From assembly GCA_964521095.1 (NCBI GenBank), contig CAZFPJ010000003.1, positions 12,350-76,349 on the forward strand: a stretch of DNA of 64,000 bases, given 5' to 3'. This DNA comes from an uncultured Candidatus Saccharibacteria bacterium. GTDB lineage: Bacteria; Patescibacteriota; Saccharimonadia; Saccharimonadales; 2-12-FULL-41-12. A program made the translations under genes and the position numbers. This document shows, piece by piece, positions 8,320-16,724 of this stretch (the first letter of the stretch is position 1; each line of letters begins with the position of its first letter). The notes beneath the pieces were generated by a model. It worked only from the letters and a program-made list of their open reading frames with translations, had not been told where the DNA came from and did no database searches.

Positions 8320-9310
8320 TATTAAACCTCACAATCTTACTTTTACTATTTGATTCATAAATTGCATCAATGATTTTCATATTTAGAAGCTGATCTTGCA
8401 GCAATCGATCCTTCTTCACGTCGATACCTCCAGAAGAATTTTTCAGGAACCGTGAAAATTGATCTATAACTTCTTGTTCTTTCGTATTGAAACTGTGTGA
8501 TTCGAGCAGTTCATGCTGTCTGTTATAAAGTTTAACCGTCCTATCATCAATGGTTACATACCCTTGATCACCAAAAATACGGATTCTTTCTCCTTTTCGT
8601 CTATAGATTTTTGTGACAAACATGTGAGCATTAATTTGGCCATTTCTGTAGGTGCAGAGGGCTTTCATTGAATCATCTATTGAATAATCACCTGGTAGAC
8701 TATTGAAGTTCAATTGTGCATATATTTTGTCGGGCATACCAAATAGATACGTCAGTAAATCAATAGTATGATAGCCAAGATCGAGACTTGCGCCACCTCC
8801 GGAAACTGCCTTATTAGCTCTCCACCCTAGTTTTGACTTATCTAGTGATTCTAAGCTCAGCGTATATTCTGCATAAAGAGAAAAAATACTGCCAATATTT
8901 TTAATTAGTTTACTGCAAGTATCATATAAGTGAGAAAATCGCCTCTGGACACATATTTGAAGATATGTATTATTTTTTTTATATAGTTCTACAACCTGGC
9001 TTCCTTCTTCTGAATTTATAGCGAGTGGTTTTTCTTTTAGTGTGGCAATCCTATTTTCGGCTAATTTTTCTAGAACGGGAAAATATTGAACATGTGGCAC
9101 TGAAACAATGGCAGCTGTAGGTTCGCAAAACTTTAATGCTGTATCTAAGTCAGTAAACCCTGGGCAACCAACTGTTTCACAGGCTTGTTGAAGAGTAGCA
9201 GCATTTGGCTCGACAATCCCGACAATCTCACATTCAGGATGTTTCATTGCAGCAGGGATATGATCTTTCTGAGTCTGTCGCCCAGCTCCTACAAAAATAA
9301 TTCTTTTCAC
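8312..9310 (-). CDS. Gfo/Idh/MocA family NAD(P)-dependent oxidoreductase
   Basis: N-terminal Rossmann motif KRIIFVGAGRQTQKDHIPA and a typical family length of 332 aa. Confidence 0.8.
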   Translation of the reverse strand: MKRIIFVGAGRQTQKDHIPAAMKHPECEIVGIVEPNAATLQQACETVGCPGFTDLDTALKFCEPTAAIVSVPHVQYFPVLEKLAENRIATLKEKPLAINSEEGSQVVELYKKNNTYLQICVQRRFSHLYDTCSKLIKNIGSIFSLYAEYTLSLESLDKSKLGWRANKAVSGGGASLDLGYHTIDLLTYLFGMPDKIYAQLNFNSLPGDYSIDDSMKALCTYRNGQINAHMFVTKIYRRKGERIRIFGDQGYVTIDDRTVKLYNRQHELLESHSFNTKEQEVIDQFSRFLKNSSGGIDVKKDRLLQDQLLNMKIIDAIYESNSKSKIVRFNNG

Positions 9311-9385
9311 TATCTGTTATTTTAACATGATTATGCTGTTTCTAGATACAAAATTTTAACTACTATTTATGGTATAGTTATAGAT

Positions 9386-10120
9386 ATGAGCGTAGCTGGA
9401 TATTTCGCGAAGGCTAGTAACCCAAAACAATATGATTTAGGTGAAGTTTCATGGGCAAAAGAAGGCAGTAAAAACCACTACATTAGAAGGTTATTTTTGG
9501 AAAACCTATTACAATATAAGGGTAGTATAAAAAATAAAAAAATACTTGATGTTGGGTCTGGTTCAGGATGGTTATCTGGTGAACTTACTAGTCTCGGGGG
9601 CAAAGTTATTGGGATAGATCCGTCAAGCAGCAACAGGCTGGCTGCCTCAAAATTACATAAAGGCATAGATTTTGTTGATGCAAGCCTTGAAAACTATACT
9701 CCAGCTTCAAAGTCAAAATTTGATGTAATCTATTGCATAATGGTATTCGAACACATGCCTGATATTGATCTGTCGTTCAAGAAATTGGCAGAACTTTTAA
9801 ACAAACATGGCAAACTTTATGTAATAACAGGTGATTTTAATAAATTCACAAATTCAAGATTTGGATACACGGTAGATCGAGAGATAATTGATAATGATGT
9901 TGTCGCTACAAAAACAAACTATGACAAGAGGTTAGGAACCTTATATGACATAAACCGTTCAACCAAACGCTATATAGATGCCGCTGAAAGACATGGTTTA
10001 TATCTTGATATATACCAGCCAATAAGACCGCCAGATTGGCTCTTAAAAGAACAATCTAAATATTCTGAATTTGTAGGTCACTCACTATTCCATATGTATA
10101 TTTTTTCAAAACACTCCTAA
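9386..10120 (+). CDS. Class I SAM-dependent methyltransferase
   Basis: Motif I ILDVGSGSGWLS, followed by an acidic-loop motif (VIGIDPS). Confidence 0.8.
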   Translation: MSVAGYFAKASNPKQYDLGEVSWAKEGSKNHYIRRLFLENLLQYKGSIKNKKILDVGSGSGWLSGELTSLGGKVIGIDPSSSNRLAASKLHKGIDFVDASLENYTPASKSKFDVIYCIMVFEHMPDIDLSFKKLAELLNKHGKLYVITGDFNKFTNSRFGYTVDREIIDNDVVATKTNYDKRLGTLYDINRSTKRYIDAAERHGLYLDIYQPIRPPDWLLKEQSKYSEFVGHSLFHMYIFSKHS

Positions 10121-10216
10121 TCTCTTTAACGGGGGACCTCTAGCACTGCGAAGGCCCAATACTTCTGCCAAAATTTGACAAATGAACCAACAGAAAAATA
10201 TCAAAAAGTTCACTTA

Positions 10217-10293
10217 TGGTCGGGGTGACAGGACTTGAACCTGCGACCTCACGGCCCCCAGCCGTACGCGCTAGCCAACTGCGCCACACCCCG
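10217..10293 (-). tRNA. tRNA-Pro (anticodon GGG), CCA encoded
   Basis: Reverse strand CGGGGTG TG GCGC AGTTGGCTA GCGC G TACGG CTGGGGG CCGTG AGGTC GCAGG TTCAAGT CCTGT CACCCCG A CCA folds as a canonical cloverleaf. Confidence 0.95.
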
Positions 10294-10425
10294 ATACATA
10301 ATATTTTACCACTCTGCAGACAGGGCCGTGAGCCTCACGGTCACCTTTGGCGACCCCGTCGCCACATCTTTGCAAACCAGTTTGCAAGAGTGGACTCCCT
10401 TGCAAACTGCCACCGGCAGTTCTCA

Positions 10426-10464
10426 CCCCAGCCGTACGCGCTAGCATTCTAGCGCCACACCCCG
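10426..10464 (-). pseudogene. Partial copy of the tRNA-Pro 5' half (nt 1 to the anticodon), 170 nt upstream of the intact gene
   Basis: 10426-10445 is identical to 10256-10275 (20 nt) and 10452-10464 is identical to 10281-10293 (13 nt). Only the D-loop differs. Similarity stops inside the anticodon loop and no T-arm follows. Confidence 0.85.
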
Positions 10465-10642
10465 TTCTTGATCAAGAACTACAGATGTAGCTGACTTGAT
10501 TAACCCTGACGAAGCAAGGTGGGTAGCTTCACATAAGAACCACGATTCCTATAAATATCAGCTTCCCTTTAGATTAGTATTGAGATAATCTAAACGCCAA
10601 CCACTCTGTAGCACCTTATATTATAGCCTCTTCAAGTGCTTC

Positions 10643-11329
10643 TTATAATAAAAATCTTAAAATAGTTTGGTTAATCGTAATGACCATTGGCGCCAAAGCA
10701 ACAAAAAATATGACCATAAATAATACTATAGCCATAAAGCCCATCGATTCTATGTGCTCCATGACTCTCCTTAACGGATCCGGCGCAAAAGCATACAATA
10801 AACGAGAGCCATCGAGTGGTGGAAAAGGAATCATGTTAAACACAAAAAAGGCCACATTAATCATGATGAAGACCGTTACAAAGGTCACACCTTCTGCTCC
10901 CAATGACCCCTTAAAGAGCTGTAGTATCCCGGCACCAGAAAAAGCCAACAATATGTTAGTTATCGGGCCAGAGATACCTACCAAAGCCGCGCCAAATTCG
11001 TCAAACCGAACCCTGTTGGGGTTAAACGGAACGGGTTTTGCAGCAAAAAAAGGCGGTAAGCTAGCGGCTATCAATAGCATGGGCAACAAAACTGTGGTCA
11101 CTGGATCGATGTGCTTGATAGGGTTCAAAGTAATACGCCCCTCTCTTTGAGCTGTGTCATCACCAAGCCAAAGACCAGTGAAAGCATGCATAGCTTCGTG
11201 CAGAGTCATAGAAATTAATATAGACACCAAGACACAAACCAAAATGAACACGCTTATATCTGAAAACATAGTAAGTAGTATATCATCTGGATGGTTGACT
11301 TTTAAGCACAAAACGGCTACAATTAACAC
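10643..11329 (-). CDS. Site-2 protease family (peptidase M50) membrane metalloprotease
   Basis: HEAMHAF (HExxH) in a TM segment and NMIPFPPLDGSRLL (the second S2P motif). The start may be the internal Met (MFSDISVF...). Confidence 0.8.
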   Translation of the reverse strand: MLIVAVLCLKVNHPDDILLTMFSDISVFILVCVLVSILISMTLHEAMHAFTGLWLGDDTAQREGRITLNPIKHIDPVTTVLLPMLLIAASLPPFFAAKPVPFNPNRVRFDEFGAALVGISGPITNILLAFSGAGILQLFKGSLGAEGVTFVTVFIMINVAFFVFNMIPFPPLDGSRLLYAFAPDPLRRVMEHIESMGFMAIVLFMVIFFVALAPMVITINQTILRFLL

Positions 11330-11417
11330 CTATAAATACATTATCTCGTTAGATACTACAGTGGTAGTCATAATTAGTTAAGCTAACGGTCTTCAAGTTG
11401 AAAGGATTTCTAGATAA

Positions 11418-11609
11418 ATGCAAAAATGCGATATAACTGGCAAAGGTAAGCAATTTGGTCATAATGTGAGCTTCTCTCTTAGGCGCACCAAGAAAGTCTG
11501 GAAGCCCAACCTTCAGACGAAAACAGTTGTAGTTGATGGCAAAAAGGTCAAACTCAAAGTTAGCGCCGCAGGCATCCGCACCCTCAAGAAAAAGGGCCTT
11601 ATAAGCTAA
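11418..11609 (+). CDS. rpmB: 50S ribosomal protein L28
   Basis: 63 aa, MQKCDITGKGKQFGHNVSFSLRRTKKVWKPNLQ is typical of L28. Confidence 0.9.
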   Translation: MQKCDITGKGKQFGHNVSFSLRRTKKVWKPNLQTKTVVVDGKKVKLKVSAAGIRTLKKKGLIS

Positions 11610-11670
11610 TCACTTCTCCGTGCGCACCCCATAAAGGGTTTGTGCTCTCCAAAAAATTCAGAATAAAATA

Positions 11671-12291
11671 TTACTGTCGCTCTAGCACAATGAGTCGTGT
11701 CGTGTCAGTAAAGCTAAGATTCTTTAGTTTTAGCTTGCCCAAAGTTTCTGCAGGCTCCATGCCAACTTCTTTGAGTGCTTCCGTCAAATCCAACAACCCA
11801 GCTTCGTATTTAACACCTTTTTCGGCATAATAAGTTGGCACAACTATTTTGGGTTCTATCTTCTTTATTATCTTCAGGGCATTAACTCCGTCTAAAGTCA
11901 CTCCGCCTCCACCAATTGGGATAAACAGTACATCAACTGTACCAATAGCCTCTAATTCATCATCAGATAGATCAGAATTAATACTACCGGCAAATACAAT
12001 CCGGATGTCTTCTGTAGCTATCTTGTAAATTACGCTCTCTTGATTCGACTCGGCATTAAAGCTTTTAGCAGAGATACCCTGTATTGATACATTTGAGACT
12101 TCATACTCTCCAGGAGAATCAATCACAAAACCATCTGGGCTAGCCCCGTTCTGTGTCGAAGTATACAGTCTCACATCGCCCGGCTTGGTTGCGGGTTTTA
12201 GTCCAACAGACTCCAGCGTATCATCGACGACAAAGCTCTGCTTTTTGGTGTTTAATTTTATACAATTCGCACCGTAATATTCTAAATCCAT
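11671..12291 (-). CDS. MBL-fold (UPF0173-like) protein; canonical HxHxDH motif not evident
   Basis: The overall pattern resembles metal-dependent hydrolases of the beta-lactamase superfamily (...DVLFIPIGGGGVTLDGVNALKIIKKIEPKIVVPTYY). Motif degeneracy lowers confidence. Confidence 0.5.
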   Translation of the reverse strand: MDLEYYGANCIKLNTKKQSFVVDDTLESVGLKPATKPGDVRLYTSTQNGASPDGFVIDSPGEYEVSNVSIQGISAKSFNAESNQESVIYKIATEDIRIVFAGSINSDLSDDELEAIGTVDVLFIPIGGGGVTLDGVNALKIIKKIEPKIVVPTYYAEKGVKYEAGLLDLTEALKEVGMEPAETLGKLKLKNLSFTDTTRLIVLERQ

Positions 12292-12313
12292 TTTTAAATA
12301 CCCTCTCTACTTG

Positions 12314-12946
12314 CTACTTTTTATTATCTTTATCTTCCGGCGTTTCAGGCTGTCCAGACTTATCGCTTTTTGCTGTAAATATGCCAGCCTTATCAACCAA
12401 TACTTGCTTCTTAGACTCAATAATACTAGTTAAGAACCTGTCGTTCATCTGTCTACGATAATTAAACTCTTTTGGAGTAAACACTACATATCGTAATTCA
12501 TAGCCTTCTTTCTTTTCTAACTCTCCAACATACTTTACGAGTTGCGTCTGATTAATGTCGCCAACGATCACAAAATCCGCGCCGCTCCTGTCATCACGCG
12601 TGAGCTTGCCGGTAAATAATGCTAGATCAACTCTGCCAACCGACTTTAGTGAATCTGGCTCTGCTCCAGCGGATTCTTTGCTGTCAGAATTATTCGCACC
12701 AAAAATCTCTGACAGTGGCTTGTGAAATTCATAGTCCTGATTTACCTCATAATATAGCTTGTTGTTAGTAGTCTCGGACGAAATGATGCCTACATTTAGC
12801 AGATTAGACAACTCTCGGCGCACCGAGTTAATCTGTTCATCGATTTTACGAGTTATTTCTCTAACATAAAAAGATCGGTTAGGGTTGCTATAAAAAAGCT
12901 GCAACAACTTAACACGAGTTTTTGACCCAAACAATTGCTCAATCAT
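12314..12946 (-). CDS. Winged-helix (ArsR-like) transcriptional regulator with a C-terminal extension
   Basis: N-terminus LFGSKTRVKLLQLFYSNPNRSFYVREITRKIDEQINSVRRELSNLLNVGII is a wHTH pattern. Confidence 0.6.
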   Translation of the reverse strand: MIEQLFGSKTRVKLLQLFYSNPNRSFYVREITRKIDEQINSVRRELSNLLNVGIISSETTNNKLYYEVNQDYEFHKPLSEIFGANNSDSKESAGAEPDSLKSVGRVDLALFTGKLTRDDRSGADFVIVGDINQTQLVKYVGELEKKEGYELRYVVFTPKEFNYRRQMNDRFLTSIIESKKQVLVDKAGIFTAKSDKSGQPETPEDKDNKK

Positions 12947-13008
12947 GTATCTATTGTATCAAATTTTGGACTCGTATTATATATGCCGTGTAGATAAAGA
13001 GTACAATT

Positions 13009-13887
13009 TCAGTTCATCTCTGCTAAAAGTGTCTTTTCTGCTAACTCTGCATCGTCATACCAGCGAATATCCTTACTCCGCCTGAACCATGTTAACTGCC
13101 GTTTTGCCAACTGTCGCGTATGCAGAGAGATTAATTGCTCCATCTTGTTGTCATCATATTCTTGAGCTAAATATTCCCTGACTTCTCTATAGCCCACAGA
13201 CCTTAGAGGCTCAACATCATCACCATATTGACCAACTAGATACTTAACTTCTTCAATTAGGCCATCTTGTATCATTTTATGAGTTCGGCCCTGTATTCGC
13301 TGTTCAAGCATCTTCATCGACGGGCAAATCCCCACTATCTGCGCCCCCTCTATCGGCACTCGTCTCTTTTCTCTAGGACGGCCAGCTGTTTCTATCGCCC
13401 TTATCACTCTCCTCTTATTGGCTAAGTCTACCTCTTTAAAAGCATCCGGGTCTGCCACAGAAAGCTGTTTGCAGAGCTCATCAAGAGGCTTGTCTTCTAG
13501 CTCCCTTCTCTGCTCGTTATCCGCACCAGCAGGAAATAAATAGTCATACAACAATGCCCATACATACAGCCCCGTGCCCCCTACGACTATCGGTATCTTA
13601 CCCCTACTCTGAATATCCCCCACTAAACTCTGCGCCAAAGCCTTAAACTCTACTGCACTATAAGCTTGATCAGGATTCAATAAATCAAGAGCATGATGAA
13701 CTATCCCATCCTGCTCTATTGAGCTAGGCTTAGCTGTTCCTATGTCCATCCCCTTATAAATAGTCCTAGAGTCTGCACAAATAACTTCTCCGCCAATTTT
13801 TTTAGCAAGACTAATAGCCAGCCCCGTCTTGCCACTTGCCGTTGGACCAACAATAGCTAATAGCTTTATTTTCTGACTGGCGACCAC
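13009..13887 (-). CDS. miaA: tRNA dimethylallyltransferase
   Basis: P-loop GPTASGKT followed by ADSRTIYKGMDIGTAKP is typical of MiaA. Confidence 0.9.
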   Translation of the reverse strand: MVASQKIKLLAIVGPTASGKTGLAISLAKKIGGEVICADSRTIYKGMDIGTAKPSSIEQDGIVHHALDLLNPDQAYSAVEFKALAQSLVGDIQSRGKIPIVVGGTGLYVWALLYDYLFPAGADNEQRRELEDKPLDELCKQLSVADPDAFKEVDLANKRRVIRAIETAGRPREKRRVPIEGAQIVGICPSMKMLEQRIQGRTHKMIQDGLIEEVKYLVGQYGDDVEPLRSVGYREVREYLAQEYDDNKMEQLISLHTRQLAKRQLTWFRRSKDIRWYDDAELAEKTLLAEMN

Positions 13888-14189
13888 AATAATGCCTCAA
13901 TATTTATCAAGAAATCGTCTGCCACAAATACCCCCTCGGATTCTAGATGCTTCTTGTGGGCTATCATGCCACCAGGATATCCGTTGGCTAACCCACCTTT
14001 TTTGTTAACAACCCTATGCCATGGCAAATTTGGGTCTCCAAAGTGTGCAATCCCTCCAACGACTCGTCCTGCCCTTGGGTTACCACACAAAGATGCAATT
14101 TGCCCATAAGTCATAACCCTCCCCTCTGGTATTCGCGCAACTACCTCACAAACTCGTTCCCGAAAATTTACTCCGCCAGTATCCATCAC
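13866..14189 (-). CDS. MGMT-family DNA-binding protein lacking the acceptor Cys (alkyltransferase-like, YbaZ/ATL type)
   Basis: IPEGRVMTYGQIA...GNPRAGRVVG...PWHRVV: the PCHRV active-site Cys is replaced by Trp. 22-nt overlap with miaA. Confidence 0.7.
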   Translation of the reverse strand: MMDTGGVNFRERVCEVVARIPEGRVMTYGQIASLCGNPRAGRVVGGIAHFGDPNLPWHRVVNKKGGLANGYPGGMIAHKKHLESEGVFVADDFLINIEALLWSPVRK

Positions 14190-14195
14190 TACATC

Positions 14196-16055
14196 CTACA
14201 AAGAGGTTTTAGTTACGCGAGCTCTTGCCTCATTAGCAACAGTTTTCAAAAACTCATCCACTCCAAGTTCTGGGTGGGCCGATATAACAACCATGTCTTT
14301 CCTTATCCGTGGAGTAACCACCCCATCGCGCACCTCTTTTGGCCCAATGACGACTGTATATGGAACTTTTGCCATCTCGGCAGTCCTAATTTTTTTACCG
14401 ACCGACTCAGCCGTATTATCAACGCCAACTCTAAGACCAAGCCCCTTGGCACTTAGTTCAATCCGCTCTGCCATACCAACGACTTCATCATCCTGATTAA
14501 GCGTAATGACACGTATCTGCTCTGGAGCCAACCAAATAGGAAAACGCCCGCCATAATGCTCTATCAATACAGCTAGCGACCTCTCTAGGGAGCCTGTTAT
14601 AGCACAGTGCACCATAACGATCCGCTCTTTTTCACCCTGTTCGTTTATGCATGTCAGGTCAAAGCTCTCTGGCTGGTTAAAATCAAGCTGGATTGTAGCT
14701 ACCTGATGCTCTCGGTCTAGGGCATCCTTGGCCATAAAATCAATCTTTGGACCATAAAAAGCTGCTTCGCCTATACCTTTTTCGTAAGCATCTTTGGCTT
14801 GCTCCTCTATAACTTCCTGAAGCTGAGATTCTGTCCGAGACCACAATTCTTTGTCACCCATATACTTTTCAGGCGCACCTGGATCGCTTAGGCTTAAACG
14901 CAGTCGCAGGGGCATCCCAAGAGTGGTATAAAACTGATCTATCATATCCCAAATTTTATAAACTTCATCTTTAATCTGAGATGTCCGCAAAAATACATGT
15001 GCATCATCCTGCGTAATAGACCTAACACGCGAGAGGCCCCCAAGCTCGCCAGTTTGCTCATCTCGGTAGACCATAGTTGTCTCTCTGTACCTAATCGGTA
15101 GCTCGCGGTAACTATGCACAGAAGCAGAATATATCTGCGTGTGATGCGGGCAATTCATCGGCTTCATAGCAAATTCATGTCCATCACGACTTTGAATTTT
15201 AAAAAGCTCGTCACTAAATTTGGCCCAATGCCCGCTCTTTTCGTACAGATCTTTTTTGGTAATGTGCGGTATTACAACCGGCTCATAGCCATACTGACTG
15301 CGCAGTTCCTGCACAAAGTCGTCAAGCGCTTGCCTCATATATACTCCTCTGGGGAGCCACAATGGCAAACCAGACCCCACCAACTCAGAAAATGTAAAAA
15401 GCCCCATCTCCTGGCCCAGTTTACGATGATCTCGTTTTTTGGCTTCTTCAAGATTGGTCAGATATTTATCTAGTTCTTCTTGATCCAAAAAGGCAACGCC
15501 ATAAAGTCGTTGCATCTGAGGATTGTCTTCTTTGCCCCTCCAGTATGCTCCAGCGACACGCATTAATTTGAATGCACCCACCTTGCCTGTAGACGCAACA
15601 TGTGGGCCACGACATAAATCGGTAAAGTCACCATTTTGATAAAATGAGACGCTACTAACCTTACTATCTCCATCGGTAGACAACCCTAGTTCGTCTGCGT
15701 CTAACTCTTTAGCTACGGTAGTACCCGACCTCTTTAAATCATTTAGCAACTCTTCTTTATAGGGCTGTCCGGCCTGCCGAGCCCAATCTATGGCCTCGTC
15801 TACACCCAGCTCTGTCTTAATAAATGATTGATCCTCGGATATAATCTGTTGCATCTGCTCCTCTATCTTTGTAAAATCTAGATCACTAAGGGTGATGTCT
15901 CCTAGATCTATGTCGTAATAAAATCCATTTTCTATCACTGGACCGACTCCAAATTTTGCCTGGGGCCACAACTTTTGTACTGCAGACGCCGTTATGTGAG
16001 CCAAACTATGCCTCATAGGCTGTAGGCTGTTTTTGCTCTGGTCTTGTTCGCTCAT
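14196..16055 (-). CDS. thrS: Threonyl-tRNA synthetase
   Basis: Unambiguous ThrRS sequence (class II motifs, editing and anticodon-binding domains). Start moved to the ATG at 16055 (MSEQDQ...), which has GGGAGA 8 nt upstream. The ORF-track start is a GTG inside the leader terminator. Confidence 0.95.
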   Translation of the reverse strand: MSEQDQSKNSLQPMRHSLAHITASAVQKLWPQAKFGVGPVIENGFYYDIDLGDITLSDLDFTKIEEQMQQIISEDQSFIKTELGVDEAIDWARQAGQPYKEELLNDLKRSGTTVAKELDADELGLSTDGDSKVSSVSFYQNGDFTDLCRGPHVASTGKVGAFKLMRVAGAYWRGKEDNPQMQRLYGVAFLDQEELDKYLTNLEEAKKRDHRKLGQEMGLFTFSELVGSGLPLWLPRGVYMRQALDDFVQELRSQYGYEPVVIPHITKKDLYEKSGHWAKFSDELFKIQSRDGHEFAMKPMNCPHHTQIYSASVHSYRELPIRYRETTMVYRDEQTGELGGLSRVRSITQDDAHVFLRTSQIKDEVYKIWDMIDQFYTTLGMPLRLRLSLSDPGAPEKYMGDKELWSRTESQLQEVIEEQAKDAYEKGIGEAAFYGPKIDFMAKDALDREHQVATIQLDFNQPESFDLTCINEQGEKERIVMVHCAITGSLERSLAVLIEHYGGRFPIWLAPEQIRVITLNQDDEVVGMAERIELSAKGLGLRVGVDNTAESVGKKIRTAEMAKVPYTVVIGPKEVRDGVVTPRIRKDMVVISAHPELGVDEFLKTVANEARARVTKTSL

Positions 16056-16092
16056 GGCTTTTGTCTCCCGACTAACATTGATCTTATATAAC

Positions 16093-16320
16093 AAAAAACG
16101 CACCTTAAAGAATATTCTCGCAAATACATTCTTTAATAGTGCGTCTCGGGTCCGTTAATGTAAACGGACGGTTCCACCGGACTTTCCACTAAATTAGCGG
16201 ACACTCATGATGACACGATATCGTTCGTTTCACCTACCGACGGAGCTCTGCAGATGGTTAGACTGCTTCACCACTCGAGTGTCAGTATAACACATCCCAG
16301 AATCCCACCCACGAGAACCA
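16093..16320 (-). promoter_or_regulatory. T-box riboswitch-like leader of thrS
   Basis: The reverse strand carries a T-box-like sequence AAAGTCCGGTGGAACCGTCCG (plus-strand about 16166-16196). It also has an AG-bulge/distal-loop-like GCAGAGCTCCGTCGGTAGGTGAAACGA. A terminator follows: CGCAC..TTAAAGAAT / ATTCTTTAA..GTGCG (16099-16143) then U6 (16093-16098). The 5' boundary is approximate and the specifier is not confidently assigned. Confidence 0.65.
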
Positions 16321-16440
16321 TGATAGCAGTATTAGTACTATGTGGCTAGTACTAAAGTATTGTTATATTTACACTAGCCCTGTGGATTATTTTCTAAGCG
16401 TTTACTTTACTACTGTTATGCGCTATTCTTTTATCTGTTA

Positions 16441-16464
16441 GAGCAATTAGCTCATTTGGAGAGC
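16441..16464 (+). pseudogene. Degenerate copy of the tRNA-Val 5' end (acceptor strand + D-arm), ~106 nt upstream of the intact gene
   Basis: GAGCAATTAGCTCATTTGGAGAGC versus the tRNA's GGGCGATTAGCTCATTTGGCTAGAGC: two substitutions and a 2-nt deletion. Confidence 0.6.
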
Positions 16465-16546
16465 TTTCAGCAAATTATATTATCTGCGCTAGCGCTCTAG
16501 CAAAGTGAACGCAAGTTATATACAATAACATCGGTAAATTAGGTGA

Positions 16547-16623
16547 GGGCGATTAGCTCATTTGGCTAGAGCGCTACATTGACGTTGTAGAGGTGAGAGG
16601 TTCGAATCCTCTATCGCCCACCA
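16547..16623 (+). tRNA. tRNA-Val (anticodon GAC), CCA encoded
   Basis: GGGCGAT TA GCTC ATTTGGCTA GAGC G CTACA TTGACGT TGTAG AGGTG AGAGG TTCGAAT CCTCT ATCGCCC A CCA. Confidence 0.95.
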
Positions 16624-16628
16624 TTCTA

Positions 16629-16660
16629 AAAAGACCTTCGATCGAGAAGGCTTTTTTTGT
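16629..16660 (+). terminator. Terminator-like hairpin + T7 after tRNA-Val
   Basis: ccttc-gatcga-gaagg stem with partial outer pairing, followed by ttttttt. Confidence 0.5.
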
Positions 16661-16724
16661 TTATAGACTCGACCACTGCAACCAACTAGTCCTAGTGACA
16701 TCTCTGTTCATCTTGCCTAGAGAG

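Noticed and set aside
10294-10425. Possibility that the tRNA-Pro 5' fragment plus spacer represents an intron-containing or split tRNA
   Set aside because: The downstream gene is already a complete cloverleaf. The upstream fragment has no matching 3' half or T-arm. The 130-nt spacer is too short and lacks group I intron core elements.
10216-10452. 78-aa and 69-aa plus-strand ORFs
   Set aside because: They run across the tRNA-Pro gene, its hairpin spacer and the tRNA fragment, so they are not coding.
14016-15473. Plus-strand ORFs of 67-146 aa overlapping the ATL gene and thrS
   Set aside because: They are antisense to unambiguous conserved genes, so they are shadow ORFs.
16056-16103. N-terminal 16-codon extension of thrS given by the ORF track (MRFLLYKINVSRETKA)
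   Set aside because: It starts at a GTG inside the leader terminator stem/U-tract. The downstream ATG has a good SD, and the conserved ThrRS sequence begins after it.
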